A DNA stretch of 64,000 nt, taken from Enterobacter phage EC152. The notes beneath the pieces were generated by a model that was given only the letters and a program-made list of their open reading frames with translations, had not been told where the DNA came from and did not search any database. The DNA lies in the sequence record PP681140.1. One strand, 5' to 3'. Both the position numbers and the translations under genes were made by a program. Below, one piece after another: positions 14,712-23,902 of this stretch; positions within the stretch are counted from its first letter, which is position 1, and each line of letters begins with the position of its first letter.

Positions 14712-17333
14712 ATGGCAGATTACAATGATAAGGTCGTTAACGCCGAACTGATCCTCCCAGAGGGCGGTGCGGGGGAGACCTTTGTTGATGATGGTCAATT
14801 CCACACGGAAGACACGACCACCGTCACACTTCTCGGTAATGGTACATCCACTACCCCACTGAAGGCAACTGTTATTGTAGATCCTGCTTCCGGAAACGCA
14901 CTTGTAGCTGGCGCTGACGGTCTTTCCGTTGGTGTCAGTGCAATCAGTGACAACCTGCTTGTATTAGCGGGTGGAAAGCTGTATGTTGCTCCTCCTCAGA
15001 TCGTCATCCCGATTTCTACTAAGACTGGAAACACTCTCGTAGAAGTCACCGACCCAGGTGAAGAGGGGCTATATGTCCCACCTGGTGAAAAGGGCGATAA
15101 AGGTGACCAAGGGCCGCAAGGTGAACCGGGTGTCGGTATTTACATCCAAGGTATCGTTGGAGACCCATCCCAACTACCACCTGCATCAACAATGCAGGAA
15201 GGCGATACATATGTTATTGGAACACACTACTGGACTGTTGTAAACCAGCAATGGGTTGACCTTGGAGACTTCGCTGGTCCACAGGGTCAGGATGGTATCG
15301 GTCTGGTAATCAAAGGATCTTTCACCGACACTGCATTCCTTCCACAAGAAGGGAACACCGAAGGTGATACTTACATCATCCAGGAACAGATGTGGGTTTG
15401 GACCGGAGATGAAGATGGTTGGCAACCAGTAGGGCAAGTTGGACCAACTGGTCCACAGGGTGCCACTGGTGCTACAGGTCCACAAGGACCTAAAGGTGAT
15501 AAGGGTGACAAGGGGGATAAGGGAGACCAAGGTCCTCAAGGCATCCAAGGTCTTACCGGAGCACAAGGTCCAAAGGGAGACAAAGGCGACAAAGGTAACG
15601 ATGCTGCCATTGTTAAACTGAAAGGGACCAAGGCTACTGAAGCTGATCTTCCGTCCTTTGGTAACGCTGTCGCAGATGCTTGGGTTGTACAGGAAAACAA
15701 CCACGTATGGGTTTGGACATCAGATGGTGCTTGGGAAGATATTGGCCCTGTACAGGGTCCGAAGGGAGACCAAGGCGATGTCGGTCCTCAAGGTCCACAG
15801 GGACAGAAAGGCGATCAAGGACCAATCGGTCCAGATGGTGCCACTGGTCCGGCAGGTGCAGACGGCCCTCAAGGTATTCAGGGGCCAATCGGTCCAAAAG
15901 GCGATAAAGGGGACACAGGTCTAACTGGTCCGGTAGGCCCTCAAGGTCCAGTAGGTCCTAAAGGAGACCGTGGTGAAACTGGTTATGGTGCTCGTGTTCT
16001 GGGTACGAAAGGTTCAACAACCGATCTTCCGGCAACAGGAACACCGGGTGATGCGTGGATCATTGTACCAAACCTCTACGTCTGGAGTCAATCTGATGCT
16101 CAATGGATCAACGTAGGTCCTTATGTTGGACCAAAGGGCGATAAAGGAGACACCGGGGATGTCGGCGCAACAGGCCCTAAAGGGGATACTGGTGCTGATG
16201 GACCTCAAGGTCCTAAAGGAGACACTGGTGCAACTGGCCCAGCAGGTGCTGATGGAGCACAGGGTCCAGAAGGTCCTATGGGTGTCGCTCTTGTTCCAAA
16301 AGGTACTGTCGCTAACGAAGCGGCTCTTCCATCAGGTGCGTCACACGGGGATTATTACACAACTGAGGACACCGGGGAAGGCTTTGCTTTTGATGGTTCA
16401 GACTGGATTAATCTTGGTGTTATGAGAGGTCCTCAAGGGGATCAAGGCCCACAAGGGCTACAGGGAGATACGGGACCTCAAGGTCCGAAGGGTGATACAG
16501 GGCTTACAGGACCAACAGGACCGCAAGGCCCTCAAGGTGAAATGGGTCCTGGTGTAGAGATCATCGGCAAACTGGACAACAGTTCTGAACTTCCTTCTAC
16601 TGGTACGCTGGGTCAGGGTTACTTGATCAATGGTGATTTCTGGGGATGGACAGGAACAACCTACGAAAACCTTGGACCTATTCAAGGTCCTCAAGGGGAG
16701 GTTGGTCCAACAGGACCGACTGGTCCACAGGGTAGTCAAGGGATTCAGGGTGTTAAAGGTGACCAAGGTACTCTTTGGTTAAACTTTGCACGCAACCCAG
16801 GTCCTGCTGATGGTCGAGTTGGGGATTACTTCATTAACAAATCCACACTTGAATATTTCCAGAAAACCTCCGCTACGGTATGGGCTTCTCTCGGATATAT
16901 GGGTGGTGGTAACGTTTATGATACCTCCTCTACCACACCACAAGCCCGTACAAGTTCAGGTTGGGTAAACGTACCAGTTCTTGAAGCACCTACTGACAGT
17001 GGTTATTATGTTCGTGTAAACAGTGCATGGAAGAAGCTTGATCGTTACGACCTTCTTGTGACTTCTACAACTGGGGCAATGGACGTTAGCGTGTCACAAG
17101 TCTTCAAGGTTGATGGTACTGCGAACAAGACCATGAGCTTCACAAACCTCCCTGCTAACCGAGCGATGACAATCGTGATCGTGTTCACGGGTTCCGGTGC
17201 GTCCCTGACGTGGCCTGGAAACCTAGCATGGTCAAACGGTACGTCAGTGACTCTTGGAACAACCCGTACAGTGGTTACTATCCTTTGGGATGGTACAAAC
17301 CTGACAGGTACTACGTCCTTAACGGTTAACTGA
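14712..17333 (+). CDS. collagen-like (Gly-X-Y) repeat fibre protein, 873 aa
   Basis: Multiple GxY tracts ([16 protein letters not shown]..., [10 protein letters not shown]...) interrupted by seven copies of an about 30-aa module (G-D-x-Y/W-hydrophobic ... W-x-W ... W-x-x-hydrophobic-G); non-collagenous C-terminal domain. Confidence 0.8.
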   Translation: MADYNDKVVNAELILPEGGAGETFVDDGQFHTEDTTTVTLLGNGTSTTPLKATVIVDPASGNALVAGADGLSVGVSAISDNLLVLAGGKLYVAPPQIVIPISTKTGNTLVEVTDPGEEGLYVPPGEKGDKGDQGPQGEPGVGIYIQGIVGDPSQLPPASTMQEGDTYVIGTHYWTVVNQQWVDLGDFAGPQGQDGIGLVIKGSFTDTAFLPQEGNTEGDTYIIQEQMWVWTGDEDGWQPVGQVGPTGPQGATGATGPQGPKGDKGDKGDKGDQGPQGIQGLTGAQGPKGDKGDKGNDAAIVKLKGTKATEADLPSFGNAVADAWVVQENNHVWVWTSDGAWEDIGPVQGPKGDQGDVGPQGPQGQKGDQGPIGPDGATGPAGADGPQGIQGPIGPKGDKGDTGLTGPVGPQGPVGPKGDRGETGYGARVLGTKGSTTDLPATGTPGDAWIIVPNLYVWSQSDAQWINVGPYVGPKGDKGDTGDVGATGPKGDTGADGPQGPKGDTGATGPAGADGAQGPEGPMGVALVPKGTVANEAALPSGASHGDYYTTEDTGEGFAFDGSDWINLGVMRGPQGDQGPQGLQGDTGPQGPKGDTGLTGPTGPQGPQGEMGPGVEIIGKLDNSSELPSTGTLGQGYLINGDFWGWTGTTYENLGPIQGPQGEVGPTGPTGPQGSQGIQGVKGDQGTLWLNFARNPGPADGRVGDYFINKSTLEYFQKTSATVWASLGYMGGGNVYDTSSTTPQARTSSGWVNVPVLEAPTDSGYYVRVNSAWKKLDRYDLLVTSTTGAMDVSVSQVFKVDGTANKTMSFTNLPANRAMTIVIVFTGSGASLTWPGNLAWSNGTSVTLGTTRTVVTILWDGTNLTGTTSLTVN

Positions 17334-17335
17334 CA

Positions 17336-17354
17336 AAAGGGGCTTCGGCCCCTT
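17336..17354 (+). other. GGGGC-UUCG-GCCCC tetraloop hairpin (no U tract)
   Basis: AAAGGGGC-TTCG-GCCCCTT directly after the collagen-like gene and 15 nt before the next ATG. Confidence 0.5.
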
Positions 17355-17368
17355 CTAAAGGAGAAAAA

Positions 17369-18013
17369 ATGGTAGTATATTCCTACACACCAATGATCAG
17401 GTCTTCTGATGGAAAATACCCGGTATACCTTACTGATTTCAGGGCCGACAACCCTAACGTCAGTATTGGGACTTGGGTGTACTCAGAGAACATTGCGGAG
17501 TTTGGATATTTTCCGGTTATCCCTGTGACACCGCCTACGGGTGATGTTGTCCTGGAAGGACCACCTGAATTTAACGACCAAACCCAGCAGTGGGAACAGA
17601 CATGGACATCTCGTGATTTCTCACCTGAAGAGATTGCTGCTAACCTTGAAGCTGCAAAGCAAAATAGAAAAGCAGAGGCACAAAACGTTCTCTCTCGTGA
17701 TGTTGAGTTAGGCATCCCTTATCCGGTAGGTAATGTTGAGTACAAAGTCAGAGTGAAAAGCTTTGACCTCGCAACTCTCCTTACAATCAAATCGGTACTT
17801 GATTCAGATGGTGATCAAAGTTCTGAGGTGTATCCTTTCAGATTCCTTGATGGTTATAAATCAGACTTTACACACGCTGAAATGAAAGACTTGGTACTCC
17901 AGGTTTCTCGTGCTCAGTATAATCTGATGAAGTCTTACTGGTCATACCTTGATCAGGTGGAGCAAGCCTCCACAATTCAAAACATTCCCGCAGTTCCTGA
18001 ATCATTCCTATAA
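17369..18013 (+). CDS. hypothetical structural protein (214 aa)
   Basis: ORF with RBS AAAGGAGAAAAA. Confidence 0.55.
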   Translation: MVVYSYTPMIRSSDGKYPVYLTDFRADNPNVSIGTWVYSENIAEFGYFPVIPVTPPTGDVVLEGPPEFNDQTQQWEQTWTSRDFSPEEIAANLEAAKQNRKAEAQNVLSRDVELGIPYPVGNVEYKVRVKSFDLATLLTIKSVLDSDGDQSSEVYPFRFLDGYKSDFTHAEMKDLVLQVSRAQYNLMKSYWSYLDQVEQASTIQNIPAVPESFL

Positions 18014-18026
18014 GGAGAAATAAAAT

Positions 18027-18416
18027 ATGGCAACTTCTGGTGTAGCTGGTCTGCTTTATGCAACTAAACTCATCGACCTCGGTACTGGACAATCAATCAG
18101 CGTTGCTGATATTATCTCCGGATCTGGTGGCGGTGGTTCAGTGGCTTGGGCCGATATCACAGGTAAGCCCGCGACGTTCCCGCCTGTAATTGGCACAACT
18201 GCAACCACAGCAAAAGCTGGTGACTATGTTCCAGCATGGTCTGAAATCACTTCCAAACCAACAACTTTCGCTCCAGTACCTGCTACTGCTTCTGTAGTTG
18301 GTGGTGTGAAGGCTGCTGCAACTCAGGCTGCTTCTACAGCAACTGATGTGGCTGGACTAGTGACAGACTTTAACGCACTGCTGACCAAACTTAAAGCCGC
18401 TGGTATCATGCTTTAA
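18027..18416 (+). CDS. Gly/Ala/Thr-rich protein with duplicated W-x-(D/E)-I-T-x-K-P-x-T-F-x-P-V motif (129 aa), fibre-like
   Basis: WADITGKPATFPPV and WSEITSKPTTFAPV internal repeat; poly-Gly linker; strong RBS. Confidence 0.5.
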   Translation: MATSGVAGLLYATKLIDLGTGQSISVADIISGSGGGGSVAWADITGKPATFPPVIGTTATTAKAGDYVPAWSEITSKPTTFAPVPATASVVGGVKAAATQAASTATDVAGLVTDFNALLTKLKAAGIML

Positions 18417-18420
18417 TATA

Positions 18421-18444
18421 CAGGCCCTTCGGGGCCTTTTATTT
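18421..18444. terminator. bidirectional terminator (AGGCCC-TTCG-GGGCCT then TTTTATTTT)
   Basis: UUCG-loop hairpin with U tract on the plus strand; also lies at the 3' end of the minus-strand gene 18439..18843. Confidence 0.7.
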
Positions 18445-18843
18445 TAAGAGTGGTTTAACACCCGCTTCCATGTTCACGTTTACCATTGGCTCTTTACCAT
18501 CTTTATAATATGTGCAGATGTATGCCCCTTTAAAACCTTGGGTTCCATACAGGATTGCAACATCATTCAGATATTGATATCCTTCAGTTTGTTCCGTGAT
18601 CTCATTCATCTCCCCAGTCTGCACTACGGATACGCCGGGTTTGAATGCCTTACGAAATGCTTGATCACAAGATAGACGTACAAGTCGATGAATGCTCGCT
18701 GTCTTTTCTTCTTTCGATAACCAGCTTGTCTCAATAGACCGCAGGTTGTCCTGATCTGGGTGCTTCATGATATAGGTGGTAGTGACCAAAGCTGCAACAA
18801 CAGCACCAACAACTAATGCAACAATCCCCTTAGTATTCTTCAT
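18439..18843 (-). CDS. membrane-anchored protein (134 aa), moron-like gene on the opposite strand inside the structural module
   Basis: N-terminal TM IVALVVGAVVAALVTTTYIM plus a roughly 100-aa extracytoplasmic domain; own RBS AGGAGAAC, own promoter and terminator. Confidence 0.6.
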   Translation of the reverse strand: MKNTKGIVALVVGAVVAALVTTTYIMKHPDQDNLRSIETSWLSKEEKTASIHRLVRLSCDQAFRKAFKPGVSVVQTGEMNEITEQTEGYQYLNDVAILYGTQGFKGAYICTYYKDGKEPMVNVNMEAGVKPLLK

Positions 18844-18875
18844 AAAATGTTCTCCTGTATTCGTTAATTACCATT

Positions 18876-18903
18876 ACGATAACACATTAGATCAGTCTGT
18901 CAA
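18876..18903 (-). promoter_or_regulatory. sigma70-like promoter for the minus-strand moron (TTGACA-16 nt-TATCGT)
   Basis: Reverse complement of 18898-18903 is TTGACA, 16-nt spacer, reverse complement of 18876-18881 is TATCGT; about 30 nt upstream of the moron RBS. Confidence 0.35.
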
Positions 18904-18977
18904 GCGTTTTTAATGACAAATAGAATCTTTTATGATAAGATATTGATTAATAGAAGAGCAATCCAACAGGAGCGAAA

Positions 18978-19496
18978 ATGACAGACCAAGAAATTATTGA
19001 TTATATTCGACTGCTCCTTGGGTCAATTCCTCCAGAGGTCTTGCCTGATGAAACCATTTTGGCATTCCTTGCAATCGAAAAGGTAAAGGCTAACTGGCCT
19101 AATCCTGATTCAACCCCTTGCGACATGTGGCGTGTTATTTACAACACAATGATTGATGTCGTTCGTTGGTTAATCCTGCAAGAAGTTAACTCTGGTGAAG
19201 CATCTATCACAGAACGTCTGGAAAAAATCGGTGACGAGACTATCCAGGTCAAAGGTGGCTCCACATACCAGAACTGGAAAGACTTCCTTGACTGGTTGCA
19301 GGCAAACCCCGATTATGTGAATGATTGCCTCAGCGCGGTATCAAGTTTAGTCATTGTTGGCGGTGTACGTCAAGATGAATATCTTCGCGTCAAAAGGAAT
19401 CCAAACTCAAGAGGTCCTTTCGATGTAGCAGGCATTGTACCCCAGACTGGTGTACCGGGAATCCCTCGCAGATACCCTCACCGCTGGCCTCGTTAA
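18978..19496 (+). CDS. hypothetical head-tail joining/neck protein (172 aa)
   Basis: Position between the head and tail modules; RBS ACAGGAGCG. Confidence 0.35.
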   Translation: MTDQEIIDYIRLLLGSIPPEVLPDETILAFLAIEKVKANWPNPDSTPCDMWRVIYNTMIDVVRWLILQEVNSGEASITERLEKIGDETIQVKGGSTYQNWKDFLDWLQANPDYVNDCLSAVSSLVIVGGVRQDEYLRVKRNPNSRGPFDVAGIVPQTGVPGIPRRYPHRWPR

Positions 19497-19555
19497 TTAT
19501 CCTTCGCTTGATCGTTGATTTTGCTAAGATAATGTGGTAAAATACCTAAACGGAT

Positions 19556-20038
19556 GTGGCTATGAGACCAAAATTCACAAGTAAGCAAGATCTGAGCCAG
19601 TTAGAGAACTTCTTCAAAGCTACCAAAATGCTTGATTATCGTCAAGTATCATACGGTTACTATGATGACCCTCACTACTCAGGTCTTAATACTGCGACTC
19701 TCGCAGCGATTCACCAAGAGGGCTGGAACGGGCTACCTGCTCGTACTTTCATGACCAGCGCCGCAGTTGCCTTCAATAAGGAACTGAACAAGCTACAAAA
19801 AGATCTGTTTGCATATCTCGCAATGGGCGGTCAGAACCTGACACCAATCCTTAACAGGATCGGTAAAGCCGGGGCGAGAAAAATCCAATTCGTGATCGAC
19901 ACCGGACTTTTCCCTCATAACACAGTATCTGATGCCTGGGCTGATGTCAAGGGATTCAAAGAGGCAATGTTCCATTATGGAGACCTCAAAGAGTCCACAA
20001 CATTCAGAATTTCAAAAGGTAAAGATTCGGGGGTATAA
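19556..20038 (+). CDS. hypothetical neck/head completion protein (160 aa)
   Basis: ORF; start uncertain (GTG 19556 or ATG 19562). Confidence 0.35.
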   Translation: MAMRPKFTSKQDLSQLENFFKATKMLDYRQVSYGYYDDPHYSGLNTATLAAIHQEGWNGLPARTFMTSAAVAFNKELNKLQKDLFAYLAMGGQNLTPILNRIGKAGARKIQFVIDTGLFPHNTVSDAWADVKGFKEAMFHYGDLKESTTFRISKGKDSGV

Positions 20039-20472
20039 TGGCAGGTTACAGACTTATTGGCAGAAACAAACTGATCCCTCGCCCAACGTTTGTTGGACGA
20101 CACAGAGAATACGCCAAAGTAGATATGGATAACCCATTTGAAAACCAGGGTATTCAAATTGACTATGAAGAATTTGATGTCCTTGAGTGCGTTGTCCAAC
20201 CCCTTACAGGCAAGGCAGCAAGAGATTACACGACACAACTGATGCAGGAAGGTGGGAGACAGTATGACTCCTTCACGGTTTACTCCTCAGTTATGCTACG
20301 TGGTCCGGTAGAGGGTTCTAACGAACTTGCTGACCAAATCAAGCTAATGAATTCCCGTGGAGAAATGGTGTGGTTCACCGTGATCAAGTCTGATGCTTAT
20401 CAGACCACAGGTGTTGCACGTTTCCGAGCTTACGTAGTGTCTGTTCCTGAAGGGACAAACGGAGGAGTTTAA
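20038..20472 (+). CDS. hypothetical neck/tail completion protein (144 aa)
   Basis: Translationally coupled (TAATG) to the upstream ORF. Confidence 0.35.
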   Translation: MAGYRLIGRNKLIPRPTFVGRHREYAKVDMDNPFENQGIQIDYEEFDVLECVVQPLTGKAARDYTTQLMQEGGRQYDSFTVYSSVMLRGPVEGSNELADQIKLMNSRGEMVWFTVIKSDAYQTTGVARFRAYVVSVPEGTNGGV

Positions 20473-21002
20473 TGGCAGATTTCACCAATTCAGATGAGAT
20501 CTTTGATGCCCTGACAAAGACAGTCGGCTCCTTCTGTAAAGAGACCACAGGCCGAAAAGTAGTTCTTGCAGGTGAAGATGAGATCCCTAAAGTAGATGGT
20601 GAATTCATTCTTGTAGACCTTACAGCAGTTGACCAGATTGACTGGCAGGCTGATGAAGGTTTGGATGTTAACGGTAATGCAACGACTATTCACAACTATG
20701 AGGTTGTGTATACGCTCACAGCATATCGTGGAAAAGCTCCAAGCGCTCTCAGCAGGGTTTTACAGGCGATGAACTTACCATTCATTTACGATAAATATTT
20801 TCCGACCAATTCTCCTTTTGCATACTCATCCTCTTCAACGATTTCTCGTCTGAGAGTGCCTCTGAATGTGCAGAAGTTCGAAAACCGTGCTGTGGTGCTT
20901 ATTACGTTCAACGTATGCTTCATCGAAACAGACACTGGAGCTTTCGAGGACCTGGAGAAGATCAACGCTCAAATCGTTTATCACTTCCCGGCTCAAGACT
21001 AA
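20472..21002 (+). CDS. hypothetical tail completion/sheath terminator-like protein (176 aa)
   Basis: RBS GGAGGAG; last gene before the sheath, followed by a hairpin. Confidence 0.35.
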   Translation: MADFTNSDEIFDALTKTVGSFCKETTGRKVVLAGEDEIPKVDGEFILVDLTAVDQIDWQADEGLDVNGNATTIHNYEVVYTLTAYRGKAPSALSRVLQAMNLPFIYDKYFPTNSPFAYSSSSTISRLRVPLNVQKFENRAVVLITFNVCFIETDTGAFEDLEKINAQIVYHFPAQD

Positions 21003-21052
21003 AGAAAACCACTCGGTTATTGATAAGCATTCGCTTATTAGTGATCGTATAA

Positions 21053-21068
21053 GAGGGCTTCGGCCCTC
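21053..21068 (+). other. GAGGGC-UUCG-GCCCTC tetraloop hairpin (no U tract)
   Basis: Member of the recurring UUCG hairpin family; intergenic before the sheath gene. Confidence 0.45.
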
Positions 21069-21132
21069 ATAATACAGCACAAAGAGGTGCTGGTCAATAA
21101 CTGTATGTACAGAAATAAAGAAGAGGAAACCG

Positions 21133-22545
21133 ATGGCTTATAATGATAAGGTGGTTGACGTTACGGTCACGCTTGGTACTCAACCAATCGACACCAAAGG
21201 GTTTGAAACCCCGCTGTTCCTGGCTATCCACAACGTCTTCCCTGAACGTTTTCGCGCGTATACCGAACTCGATCAGTTAGTAGATGATGGATTCGCTCCA
21301 GGTTCCCCAGCTTATGTCTTCGCAACAAAAGCATTCGCTGGTACATTCCGTCCTCAGTACCTGATGGTTGGTCGTCAAGGCTTCACTAATACCATCGTGG
21401 ACTTCACTGGACAGGTCAATACCGACCCTGAAGCGCCTGTAGCCCTGAACGTAGTTTCCGGTGCTTATCAGACTAGCGCTATCGTGGCGGTAACTGGTGC
21501 ATCTACCCCAACCAGTATTGCTACCGCTCTGGCAGCATCTCTGAATGGTGATGCAACACTGACCACTGTTTTAACTGCAACTGCAAGCGCAGGTGTGGTA
21601 ACAATCGCTCCTAAGAATGGTGGTGCATTCAGCGTCGGTCGCGACAGCGGGAACATGACTATCAGCAACACCTCAAGTGAAACTGTGTCATCTGTTCTTC
21701 CTCAGATCCTGACTGCAACTGAGAACTGGTACTTCCTGAGCACCGAGTCTCACACCAACGCATCCATCCTGGCTGCTGCTGCATTTGCTTCTGCGAACTA
21801 CAAGCTGCATGTGTATGCGACTGCTGATGAACTGGTTAAAACTGCTGGTAGCAACTCTATTGCTAACCAACTGAAAGCTCTCCAGTACGATACTTCTATC
21901 GGTATGTATGATCCGCTTGCGGATAGCGCATTCTCTGAAGGCGGTATCATCGGTGCAATGGCTTCCAACGATCCTTCTTACGGTGACTCTATTCACCTGA
22001 AGACAATGGAAGGTGTAATTGCCCCTACCCTGAGCGCTACAGACCGTATGACCATTTGGGGACAAAACCTGAACTTCTACCGTATGATTAACGGTGTTGG
22101 TTCCTTCTACGAAGGCAAGTGTGCTTCTGGCAACTACGTAGACGTTGTTCGTTTCGGTCACTGGCTGAAGTTCCGCACAGAAGAAAGCGTGTTTGGTTAC
22201 ATGTCTCGTCGTTCTAACATGGGTCTCTCCATGAAGATGAGTGATGACGATCTGCCAAACCTGAAGTCTGTGATGATGAACAACCCAATCAACGTTGGTA
22301 TCTCCAATGGTTCAATCCTAACAGGATACGATGACGTTAACAAGGTGTTCTACGATCCGGTAATCACAATTCCGCTTCGTGCATCCATCCCAACTAACGA
22401 TCTGGCTGCTCGTACTCTGAACAACGTGAAAGTGGAACTTGTGTACAACACACCACTGCACTTCGTTAAGATCCGCATGACCGTTCTGTTAGATAAAACA
22501 GGGTCTAGTTCCGGAAACGGTCAGACTGTAACAGCAGGAGTGTAA
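21133..22545 (+). CDS. tail sheath protein (470 aa)
   Basis: Size and position (large protein immediately followed by a roughly 150-aa tube-like protein, then chaperones and tape measure); N-terminus MAYNDKVVD shares a motif with the collagen-like protein. Confidence 0.5.
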   Translation: MAYNDKVVDVTVTLGTQPIDTKGFETPLFLAIHNVFPERFRAYTELDQLVDDGFAPGSPAYVFATKAFAGTFRPQYLMVGRQGFTNTIVDFTGQVNTDPEAPVALNVVSGAYQTSAIVAVTGASTPTSIATALAASLNGDATLTTVLTATASAGVVTIAPKNGGAFSVGRDSGNMTISNTSSETVSSVLPQILTATENWYFLSTESHTNASILAAAAFASANYKLHVYATADELVKTAGSNSIANQLKALQYDTSIGMYDPLADSAFSEGGIIGAMASNDPSYGDSIHLKTMEGVIAPTLSATDRMTIWGQNLNFYRMINGVGSFYEGKCASGNYVDVVRFGHWLKFRTEESVFGYMSRRSNMGLSMKMSDDDLPNLKSVMMNNPINVGISNGSILTGYDDVNKVFYDPVITIPLRASIPTNDLAARTLNNVKVELVYNTPLHFVKIRMTVLLDKTGSSSGNGQTVTAGV

Positions 22546-22548
22546 TAA

Positions 22549-23022
22549 ATGAATACAGCTATCCTAACACCGTATGCTTACGACCCTAAAAAAGTCAAGC
22601 TATACCTGATGACTCAGCGTGTTACTGGATTTGCCGCAGATACCAAGATCGTCGTTGCTCGTAACGAAGATAACATCATCCCCCACATGGGGGTTGATGG
22701 TGAGCTATCCGCTGCACTGTCTCGTAACCAATCTGGTGTTATGACAGTTTCTCTCCAGAACACCGCTTCTTGGAACGGAAACTTCGCAAACTGGCAGAAA
22801 CAAGCCTCCATCACCGGGCTGATTTTCTTCCCTGTCCTTCTTGAAGGTTCTCAGGGTATGGGTCTCAGCACTATCGGTTGGATTCAGAAACAACCAGATC
22901 TGACCTACGGTACAGAAGTGGGCCAGATGGACTGGGAAATCGGTATCCTCGACGCTTGGTTAAGCCCAGATACTCTGTCTTCCGCAGGCTTCGGTCTTGC
23001 TGGTCTTGCAGGTATCGTATAA
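22549..23022 (+). CDS. tail tube protein (157 aa)
   Basis: Small protein directly after the sheath gene with a strong RBS. Confidence 0.5.
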   Translation: MNTAILTPYAYDPKKVKLYLMTQRVTGFAADTKIVVARNEDNIIPHMGVDGELSAALSRNQSGVMTVSLQNTASWNGNFANWQKQASITGLIFFPVLLEGSQGMGLSTIGWIQKQPDLTYGTEVGQMDWEIGILDAWLSPDTLSSAGFGLAGLAGIV

Positions 23023-23097
23023 GTGTTTCGTGTGCCACATGGACGTGGCCTTTCACACACGTAAGGATCTCTCAATCTCAAAGACGCAGGAGCGTAC

Positions 23098-23571
23098 ATG
23101 AATATCAGACCAACAACTGAAATCGACCTCGCAGGTCACAACTTTGTTATCACGCACTGGTCTCCTTCCAAGGTTATGAAAAACCTTCCGAAGATCGGTC
23201 GTTATGTAGCAGTCCCTATGGCAACCATCTCTGGTTCCATGATGACTGGAGGCCAGAACCTTTCTGACGCTCTCCCAACTGCTATTCTATACCTCTTTGA
23301 ACAGATGGAGCAAGATGATATCGAAAAACTTTTCGCATTGATTCTTGAGGATGTATCCGTTGATGGTATGGCGGGTAAAGTAGATATTGACGCTCTGTTC
23401 CAAGACAAAATGTTAGACCTCATTAAGCTTGTTGCTAAAGTTCTGGAGATCAACTACGGCTGTTTTTTCACGAAAGACGGTTTCGCAGACCTTCAGGGAC
23501 TTCTGGGACGCCTGGGACAGACCCATCAAGTGAATACGGTGGATCAGGCGACGGAAGTGGCAGCGGAGTAA
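23098..23571 (+). CDS. tail assembly chaperone-like protein (157 aa)
   Basis: Acidic protein located between the tube and tape measure genes. Confidence 0.4.
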   Translation: MNIRPTTEIDLAGHNFVITHWSPSKVMKNLPKIGRYVAVPMATISGSMMTGGQNLSDALPTAILYLFEQMEQDDIEKLFALILEDVSVDGMAGKVDIDALFQDKMLDLIKLVAKVLEINYGCFFTKDGFADLQGLLGRLGQTHQVNTVDQATEVAAE

Positions 23572-23606
23572 CACCGTCCAAAATTTCGAAAGTCGTCCTG
23601 AGAGCT

Positions 23607-23849
23607 ATGGATTATGCAAAGAAAAATAGCTCACTGACTTGGTTCGATTACTTGTGGTGTCGTGCTCTGAAAAGTTTCAAAGGGGAATCTTATATGTCCC
23701 TTGAACATGCGGATATGGCCTATCTGCTCAGGCTGAATGAATTTCTTGATGTGGAAGAGTTTGTCAACGATGTCCACGAGAGAGAGGAAGATAGTAAAGC
23801 AAAAGCTGCTCAAGCCGCTAGCAAGCCGCGCCGTGGTAGAAGAGGTTAA
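23607..23849 (+). CDS. small protein (80 aa) upstream of tape measure, basic C-terminus
   Basis: Position only; not overlapping the preceding ORF, so no evidence for a G/GT-type programmed frameshift. Confidence 0.35.
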   Translation: MDYAKKNSSLTWFDYLWCRALKSFKGESYMSLEHADMAYLLRLNEFLDVEEFVNDVHEREEDSKAKAAQAASKPRRGRRG

Positions 23850-23902
23850 TCTCAAGCCGGGTTCCTTTTCGGGAACCTGGCTTTTTTATTGAGAGGAAAT
23901 CA

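Noticed and set aside
15186-15897. Several minus- and plus-frame ORFs inside the collagen-like gene
   Set aside because: Alternative frames of the GC-rich Gly-X-Y repeat region; expected artefacts.
23098-23849. Programmed -1 frameshift between tail chaperone ORFs (G/GT-like)
   Set aside because: The two ORFs are separated by a 35-nt gap and do not overlap; no slippery heptamer seen at the end of the first ORF.
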